Origin: a virus
Lineage: Duplodnaviria; Heunggongvirae; Uroviricota; Caudoviricetes
DNA length: 44,950 nucleotides
IMG/VR virus record: IMGVR_UViG_2541047795_000004
Strand: one strand, 5' to 3'
The translations under genes were made by a program, and so were the position numbers. Of the stretch, positions 39,148 through 44,950 are shown piece by piece. Positions within the stretch are counted from its first letter, which is position 1; the number at the start of each line of letters is the position of its first letter. The notes under the pieces are model-generated. The model was not told the DNA's origin, searched no databases, and saw nothing but the letters and a program-made list of their open reading frames with translations.

Positions 39148-39891
39148 ATGACAGAGACAGAATCAGCGATTCTGGCGCACGCCCGGCGATGTGCGCCAGC
39201 GGAGTCGTGCGGCTTCGTGGTGAGAACGTCGGAAGGGGAAAGATATTTTCCCTGCGTGAATATCTCCGGTGAGCCGGAGGATTATTTCCAGATGGCTCCG
39301 GAGGACTGGCTGCGGGCAGAGATGCAGGGTGAGATTGTGGCGCTGGTCCACAGCCACCCCGGTGGCCTGCCCTGGCTGAGTGAGGCTGACCGGCGGCTGC
39401 AGGTGCAGAGTGATTTGCCATGGTGGCTGGTCTGCCGGGGGGCGATTCATAAATTCCGCTGTGTGCCGCATCTTACCGGGCGGCGCTTTGAGCACGGGGT
39501 GACGGATTGTTACACGCTGTTCCGGGACGCTTACCATCTGGCGGGGATTGAGATGCCGGATTTTCATCGCGAGGATGACTGGTGGCGTAACGGCCAGAAT
39601 CTCTATCTGGATAATCTGGAGGCCACAGGGCTGTATCAGGTGCCGTTGTCATCAGCACAACCGGGTGATGTGCTGCTGTGCTGTTTTGGTTCATCGGTGC
39701 CGAATCATGCCGCCATTTACTGTGGTGACGGCGAGCTGCTGCACCATATTCCTGAACAACTGAGTAAACGAGAGAGGTATACCGACAAATGGCAGCGACG
39801 CACACACTCCCTCTGGCGTCACCGGGCATGGCGCGAATCTGCCTTTACGGGGATTTACAACGATTTGGCCGCCGCATCGACCTGCGTGTGA
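39148..39891 (+). CDS. Tail assembly protein K (lambda gpK-like; MPN/JAMM plus NlpC/P60)
   Basis: HSHP motif (LVHSHPGG) and a Cys-containing C-terminal domain. Confidence 0.85.
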   Translation: MTETESAILAHARRCAPAESCGFVVRTSEGERYFPCVNISGEPEDYFQMAPEDWLRAEMQGEIVALVHSHPGGLPWLSEADRRLQVQSDLPWWLVCRGAIHKFRCVPHLTGRRFEHGVTDCYTLFRDAYHLAGIEMPDFHREDDWWRNGQNLYLDNLEATGLYQVPLSSAQPGDVLLCCFGSSVPNHAAIYCGDGELLHHIPEQLSKRERYTDKWQRRTHSLWRHRAWRESAFTGIYNDLAAASTCV

Positions 39892-40436
39892 AAACGGGGG
39901 CCGAAGCAGTCCGGGCGCTGACCACACAGCTTCCGGCGTTTCGTCAGAAACTGAGCGACGGCTGGTATCAGGTACGCATTGCCGGGCGTGATGCAGGTGA
40001 AACTGAATTATCAGCCCGTCTTAATGAACCGCTGGCAAATGGTGCCGTGATCCACATTGTGCCGCGTCTGGCGGGAGCCAAAAGTGGCGGTCTTTTTCAG
40101 GCTGTGCTGGGGGCGGCGCTGATTGCGGTGGCATGGTGGAACCCTGCAGGTTGGTTGGGGGCTGCCGCAATTACAGGAATGTATGGTGCGGGGGCCAGTA
40201 TGGTGCTCGGTGGTGTGGCGCAGATGCTGGCACCGAAAGCCAGAACTCCCCGTACACAGACAACGGATAACGGCAAACAGAACACCTATTTCTCCTCACT
40301 GGATAACATGGTTGCCCAGGGCAATGTTCTGCCGGTTCTGTACGGTGAAATGCGCGTGGGGTCACGGGTGATTTCGCAGGAGATCAGCACGGCAGATGAA
40401 GGAGATGGTGGTCAGGTTGTGGTGATTGGTCGTTGA
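39789..40436 (+). CDS. Tail assembly protein I (lambda gpI-like)
   Basis: Begins MAATHTLPLASPGMARICLYGDLQRFG like lambda I as recalled; overlaps the end of K in another frame, as in lambda. Confidence 0.85.
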   Translation: MAATHTLPLASPGMARICLYGDLQRFGRRIDLRVKTGAEAVRALTTQLPAFRQKLSDGWYQVRIAGRDAGETELSARLNEPLANGAVIHIVPRLAGAKSGGLFQAVLGAALIAVAWWNPAGWLGAAAITGMYGAGASMVLGGVAQMLAPKARTPRTQTTDNGKQNTYFSSLDNMVAQGNVLPVLYGEMRVGSRVISQEISTADEGDGGQVVVIGR

Positions 40437-40496
40437 TGCAGAATGTTTTGTGTGAAACCGCCTCAGGGCGGTTTTGTCGTTTCTGGAGCGTGAGGA

Positions 40497-43400
40497 ATGG
40501 GTAAAGGCAGCAGTAAGGGGCATACCCCGCGCGAAGCGAAGGACAACCTGAAATCATCCCAGATGCTGAGCGTGATAGACGCCATCAGTGAAGGGCCGAT
40601 TGAAGGTCCGGTGGACGGATTAAAAAGTGTGCTGCTGAACAGTACGCCGGTGCTGGACAGTGAGGGGAATACCAATATCGCCGGTGTCACGGTGGTGTTC
40701 CGGGCAGGTGAGCAGGAGCAGACACCGCCGGAGGGATTTGAATCCTCCGGCTCCGAGACGGTGCTGGGTACGGAAGTGAAGTACGACACGCCGATTACCC
40801 GGACCATCACGTCTGCAAACATCGACCGTCTGCGCTTTACCTTCGGTGTGCAGGCACTGGTGGAAACCACCTCAAAGGGGGACCGGAATCCGTCGGAAGT
40901 CCGCCTGCTGGTTCAGATACAGCGTAACGGTGGCTGGGTGACGGAAAAAGACATCACCATTAAGGGCAAAACCACCTCGCAGTATCTGGCCTCGGTGGTG
41001 GTGGATAACCTGCCTCCGCGCCCGTTCAATATCCGGATGCGCAGGATGACACCGGACAGCACCACAGACCAGCTGCAGAACAAAACGCTCTGGTCGTCAT
41101 ACACCGAAATCATCGATGTGAAACAGTGCTACCCGAACACGGCACTGGTCGGCGTGCAGGTGGATTCGGAGCAGTTCGGCAGCCAGCAGGTGAGCCGTAA
41201 TTATCATCTTCGCGGGCGCATTCTGCAGGTGCCGTCGAACTATAACCCGCAGACGCGGCAATACAGCGGTATCTGGGACGGAACGTTTAAGCCGGCATAC
41301 AGCAACAACATGGCCTGGTGTCTGTGGGATATGCTGACCCATCCGCGCTACGGCATGGGGAAACGTCTTGGTGCGGCAGATGTGGATAAATGGACGCTGT
41401 ATGTCATCGGCCAGTATTGCGACCAGTCGGTGCCGGACGGTTTTGGCGGCACGGAGCCGCGCATCACCTGTAATGCGTACCTGACCACGCAGCGTAAGGC
41501 GTGGGATGTGCTCAGTGATTTCTGCTCGGCGATGCGCTGTATGCCGGTATGGAACGGGCAGACGCTGACGTTCGTGCAGGACCGACCGTCGGATAAGGTG
41601 TGGACCTATAACCGCAGTAATGTGGTGATGCCGGATGATGGCGCGCCGTTCCGCTACAGCTTCAGCGCCCTGAAGGACCGCCATAATGCCGTTGAGGTGA
41701 ACTGGATTGACCCGGATAACGGCTGGGAAACGGCAACAGAGCTTGTGGAGGACACGCAGGCCATTGCCCGTTACGGTCGTAACGTCACGAAGATGGATGC
41801 CTTTGGCTGTACCAGCCGGGGGCAGGCGCACCGCGCCGGGCTGTGGCTGATTAAAACGGAACTGCTGGAAACGCAGACCGTGGATTTTAGCGTCGGCGCA
41901 GAAGGGCTTCGCCATGTACCGGGCGATGTTATTGAAATCTGTGATGATGACTATGCCGGTATCAGCACCGGTGGTCGTGTGCTGGCGGTGAACAGCCAGA
42001 CCCGGACGCTGACGCTCGACCGTGAAATCACGCTGCCATCCTCCGGTACCACGCTGATAAGCCTGGTTGACGGAAGTGGCAATCCGGTCAGCGTGGAGGT
42101 TCAGTCCGTCACCGACGGCGTGAAGGTAAAAGTGAGCCGTGTTCCTGACGGTGTTGCTGAATACAGCGTATGGGGGCTGAAGCTGCCGACGCTGCGCCAG
42201 CGACTGTTCCGCTGCGTGAGTATCCGTGAGAACGACGACGGCACGTATGCCATCACCGCCGTGCAGCATGTACCGGAAAAAGAGGCCATCGTGGATAACG
42301 GGGCGCACTTTGACGGCGAACAGAGTGGCACGGTGAACGGTGTCACGCCGCCAGCGGTGCAGCACCTGACCGCAGAAGTCACTGCAGACAGCGGGGAATA
42401 CCAGGTGCTGGCGCGCTGGGACACACCGAAGGTGGTGAAGGGCGTGAGCTTCCTGCTCCGTCTGACCGTAACAGCGGACGACGGCAGTGAGCGGCTGGTC
42501 AGCACGGCCCGGACGACGGAAACCACATACCGCTTCAGGCAGCTGGCTCTGGGAAATTACAGTCTGACAGTCCGGGCGGTAAATGCGTGGGGGCAGCAGG
42601 GCGATCCGGCGTCGGTATCGTTCCGGATTGCCGCACCGGCAGCACCATCGCGGATTGAGCTGACGCCGGGCTATTTTCAGATAACCGCCACGCCGCATCT
42701 TGCGGTTTATGATCCGACTGTACAGTTTGAGTTCTGGTTCTCGGAAAATCGGATTGCGGATATCAGGCAGGTTGAAACCAGCGCACGTTATCTTGGCACG
42801 GCGCTGTACTGGATAGCCGCCAGTATCAATATCAAACCGGGCCATGATTATTATTTTTACGTTCGCAGTGTGAACACCGTCGGCAAATCGACATTCGTGG
42901 AGGCTGTCGGCCGGGCGAGCGATGATGCGGAAGGTTACCTGGATTTTTTCAAAGGCCAGATAACCGAATCCCATCTCGGCAAGGAGCTGCTGGAAAAAGT
43001 CGAGCTGACGGAGGATAACGCCAGCAAACTGGAGGAGTTTTCGAAAGAGTGGAAGGACGCCAACGATAAATGGAATGCCATGTGGGGCGTCAAAATTGAG
43101 CAGACCGAAGACGGCAGGCATTATGTCGCGGGGCTTGGCCTTAGTATGGAGGATACGGAGGAAGGCAAACTGAGCCAGTTCCTGGTTGCCGCTAACCGTA
43201 TCGCGTTTATTGACCCGGCAAACGGGAATGAAACGCCGATGTTTGTGGCGCAGGGCAACCAGATATTCATGAACGAAGTGTTCCTGAAGTATCTGACGGC
43301 TCCCACCATTACCAGTGGCGGCAATCCTCCGGTATTTTCCCTGACACCGGACGGGCGGCTGACGGCGAAAAATGCCGATATCAGCGGTAACGTGAATGCG

Positions 43401-43892
43401 AACTCCGGGACGCTCAATAATGTCACGATTAACGAGAACTGTCGGGTTCTGGGAAAACTGTCCGCGAACCAGATTGAAGGCGATCTCGTTAAAACAGTGG
43501 GCAAAGCTTTCCCCCGGGACTCCCGTGCACCGGAGCGGTGGCCATCAGGGACTATTACCGTCAGGGTTTATGACGATCAGTCGTTTGACCGGCAAATTGT
43601 TATTCCAGCGGTGGCTTTCTGCGGTGCCAGACATGAGCGGGAGAATAGCGATACTTATTCGTCATGCCGCCTGATAGTGAAGAAAAACGGGGCTGAAATT
43701 TATAACCGAACGGCTCTGGATAATACTCTGATTTACACGGGTGTTATTGATATGCCTGCAGGCAGTGGTGTAATGACACTGGAGTTTTCTGTATCAGCAT
43801 GGTGGGTAAATGGCTGGTATCCCACAGCAAGTATCAGCGATTTGCTGGTTGTGGTGATGAAGAAAGCCACTACAGGCATCACGATTAGCTGA
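40497..43892 (+). CDS. Host specificity protein J (central tail fibre, lambda gpJ-like), 1131 aa
   Basis: Size, position and close resemblance to lambda J as recalled. Confidence 0.9.
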   Translation: MGKGSSKGHTPREAKDNLKSSQMLSVIDAISEGPIEGPVDGLKSVLLNSTPVLDSEGNTNIAGVTVVFRAGEQEQTPPEGFESSGSETVLGTEVKYDTPITRTITSANIDRLRFTFGVQALVETTSKGDRNPSEVRLLVQIQRNGGWVTEKDITIKGKTTSQYLASVVVDNLPPRPFNIRMRRMTPDSTTDQLQNKTLWSSYTEIIDVKQCYPNTALVGVQVDSEQFGSQQVSRNYHLRGRILQVPSNYNPQTRQYSGIWDGTFKPAYSNNMAWCLWDMLTHPRYGMGKRLGAADVDKWTLYVIGQYCDQSVPDGFGGTEPRITCNAYLTTQRKAWDVLSDFCSAMRCMPVWNGQTLTFVQDRPSDKVWTYNRSNVVMPDDGAPFRYSFSALKDRHNAVEVNWIDPDNGWETATELVEDTQAIARYGRNVTKMDAFGCTSRGQAHRAGLWLIKTELLETQTVDFSVGAEGLRHVPGDVIEICDDDYAGISTGGRVLAVNSQTRTLTLDREITLPSSGTTLISLVDGSGNPVSVEVQSVTDGVKVKVSRVPDGVAEYSVWGLKLPTLRQRLFRCVSIRENDDGTYAITAVQHVPEKEAIVDNGAHFDGEQSGTVNGVTPPAVQHLTAEVTADSGEYQVLARWDTPKVVKGVSFLLRLTVTADDGSERLVSTARTTETTYRFRQLALGNYSLTVRAVNAWGQQGDPASVSFRIAAPAAPSRIELTPGYFQITATPHLAVYDPTVQFEFWFSENRIADIRQVETSARYLGTALYWIAASINIKPGHDYYFYVRSVNTVGKSTFVEAVGRASDDAEGYLDFFKGQITESHLGKELLEKVELTEDNASKLEEFSKEWKDANDKWNAMWGVKIEQTEDGRHYVAGLGLSMEDTEEGKLSQFLVAANRIAFIDPANGNETPMFVAQGNQIFMNEVFLKYLTAPTITSGGNPPVFSLTPDGRLTAKNADISGNVNANSGTLNNVTINENCRVLGKLSANQIEGDLVKTVGKAFPRDSRAPERWPSGTITVRVYDDQSFDRQIVIPAVAFCGARHERENSDTYSSCRLIVKKNGAEIYNRTALDNTLIYTGVIDMPAGSGVMTLEFSVSAWWVNGWYPTASISDLLVVVMKKATTGITIS

Positions 43893-43959
43893 ATTTTATA
43901 ACCCAGATACGGGCACCAGAAATGGTGCCTTTTTTATTGCAGAAAAGCGAGAGGTAATT

Positions 43960-44559
43960 ATGCGTAAATTATGTGCTGTTATTCTGTCCGCAGTAGTCTG
44001 GCTGGTTGCCGCTGGTACGCCAGCGAGCGCAGCAGAGCATCAGTCCACACTAAGCGCCGGGTATCTTCAGACCCATACTGATATGCCAGGCAGTGATGAC
44101 CTGAAGGGCATTAACGTGAAATACCGTTATGAATTTACGGACACGCTGGGGCTGGTGACGTCATTCAGTTATGCAGGATACAAGAATCGTCAGCTGACCC
44201 GTTACAGCGATACCCGCTGGCATAAAGATTCCGTGCGTAACCGCTGGTTCAGCGTGATGGCGGGGCCGTCTGTGCGCGTGAATGAATGGTTCAGCGCGTA
44301 TGCGATGGCGGGTATGGCTTACAGCCGTGTTTCGACTTTTTCCGGGGATTACCTCCGCGTAACTGACAACAAGGGGAAAACGCACGATGTGCTGACCGGA
44401 AGTGATGACGGTCGCCACAGCAACACGTCTCTGGCGTGGGGGGCTGGCGTGCAGTTTAACCCGACCGAATCCGTGGCCATTGATATTGCTTATGAAGGCT
44501 CCGGCAGTGGTGACTGGCGCACTGACGGTTTCATCGTGGGTGTCGGTTATAAGTTCTGA
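43960..44559 (+). CDS. lom: Lom outer-membrane protein (Ail/Lom family)
   Basis: N-terminal signal peptide (AVILSAVVWLVAAGTPASAA) and a C-terminal ...GYKF beta-barrel ending; downstream of J as in lambda. Confidence 0.85.
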   Translation: MRKLCAVILSAVVWLVAAGTPASAAEHQSTLSAGYLQTHTDMPGSDDLKGINVKYRYEFTDTLGLVTSFSYAGYKNRQLTRYSDTRWHKDSVRNRWFSVMAGPSVRVNEWFSAYAMAGMAYSRVSTFSGDYLRVTDNKGKTHDVLTGSDDGRHSNTSLAWGAGVQFNPTESVAIDIAYEGSGSGDWRTDGFIVGVGYKF

Positions 44560-44585
44560 TTAGCCAGGTAACACAGTGTTATGAC

Positions 44586-44613
44586 AGCCCGCCGGTTCAG
44601 GCGGGCTTTTTTG
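44586..44613 (+). terminator. Intrinsic terminator after lom
   Basis: Hairpin AGCCCGCC-GGTTCA-GGCGGGCT followed by T6. Confidence 0.6.
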
Positions 44614-44623
44614 TGGAGTGGAT

Positions 44624-44950
44624 ATGGCAGCAGTAAAAATCTCAGGTGTGCTGAAAGATGGTGCGGGAAAACCAATACAGAACTGCACTATTCAACTGAA
44701 GGCAAAGCGTAACAGCACCACGGTACTGGTGAACACGGTGGCCTCTGAAAATCCGGATGAAGCCGGGCGTTACAGCATGGATGTTGAGTATGGCCAGTAC
44801 AGCGTCACCCTGCTGGTTGAAGGTTTTCCGCCTTCACATGCCGGGACCATTACCGTCTATGAAGGTTCCAGACCAGGTACGCTGAATGATTTTCTCGGTG
44901 CCATGACGGAAGATGATGTCATGCCGGAGGCATTGCGTCGTTTTGAGGAA
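44624..44950 (+). CDS. Side tail fibre protein, N-terminal fragment; runs off the window end
   Basis: ATG at 44624; translation MAAVKISGVLKDGAGKPIQNCTIQLKAKRNSTTVLVNTVASEN... resembles lambda Stf N-terminus; no stop inside the window. Confidence 0.7.
   Translation, partial: MAAVKISGVLKDGAGKPIQNCTIQLKAKRNSTTVLVNTVASENPDEAGRYSMDVEYGQYSVTLLVEGFPPSHAGTITVYEGSRPGTLNDFLGAMTEDDVMPEALRRFEE

Noticed and set aside
38420-39421. 333-aa minus-strand ORF antisense to the L and K tail genes
   Set aside because: Same reasoning: antisense to two conserved lambda-like tail genes, with a Pro/Ala/Arg-rich low-complexity translation.
41097-43121. 674-aa minus-strand ORF antisense to the J gene
   Set aside because: It lies wholly inside the well-supported J coding region on the opposite strand; long antisense ORFs are expected in GC-rich coding sequence and it has no recognisable features.

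Overview
The window lies entirely inside a lambdoid, Rac-type enterobacterial prophage, running from the integrase stop codon (1-3) to the 5' part of a side-tail-fibre gene that runs off the right edge. All protein identities are my reading of the supplied translations against remembered families; nothing was searched. Left to right: integration and early-left genes on the minus strand (int, xis, ydaC-like, Lar/RalR, RecT, RecE, RacC, YdaE, KilR), SieB, an immunity switch (RacR-type repressor divergent from Cro-like and YdaT-like genes), a replication module (an initiator-like gene with a frame break at an A7 tract, then a DnaC-like loader), and a nin-like region. The nin-like region carries an AT-rich insert: a Q-like paralog, a convergent two-gene cassette of unknown function on the minus strand (12434-14897), and a Hok-family toxin gene. 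Then come DUF1367-like and YbcO-like genes, a Q antiterminator with a downstream terminator, two tRNA genes, about 0.7 kb without ORFs, a pinholin / SAR-endolysin / Rz / Rz1 lysis cassette, a trkG potassium-transporter moron, a ParB-like plus glycosyltransferase-like pair, terminase, portal, head and tail genes with a G/GT -1 frameshift site, an IS1-disrupted tape-measure gene, lambda-like M, L, K, I, J, and lom. The most interesting candidate is the two-gene cassette, which I propose as a possible uncharacterised phage-defence or abortive-infection module; that is a hypothesis, not a demonstrated function. No CRISPR array or rRNA was seen.
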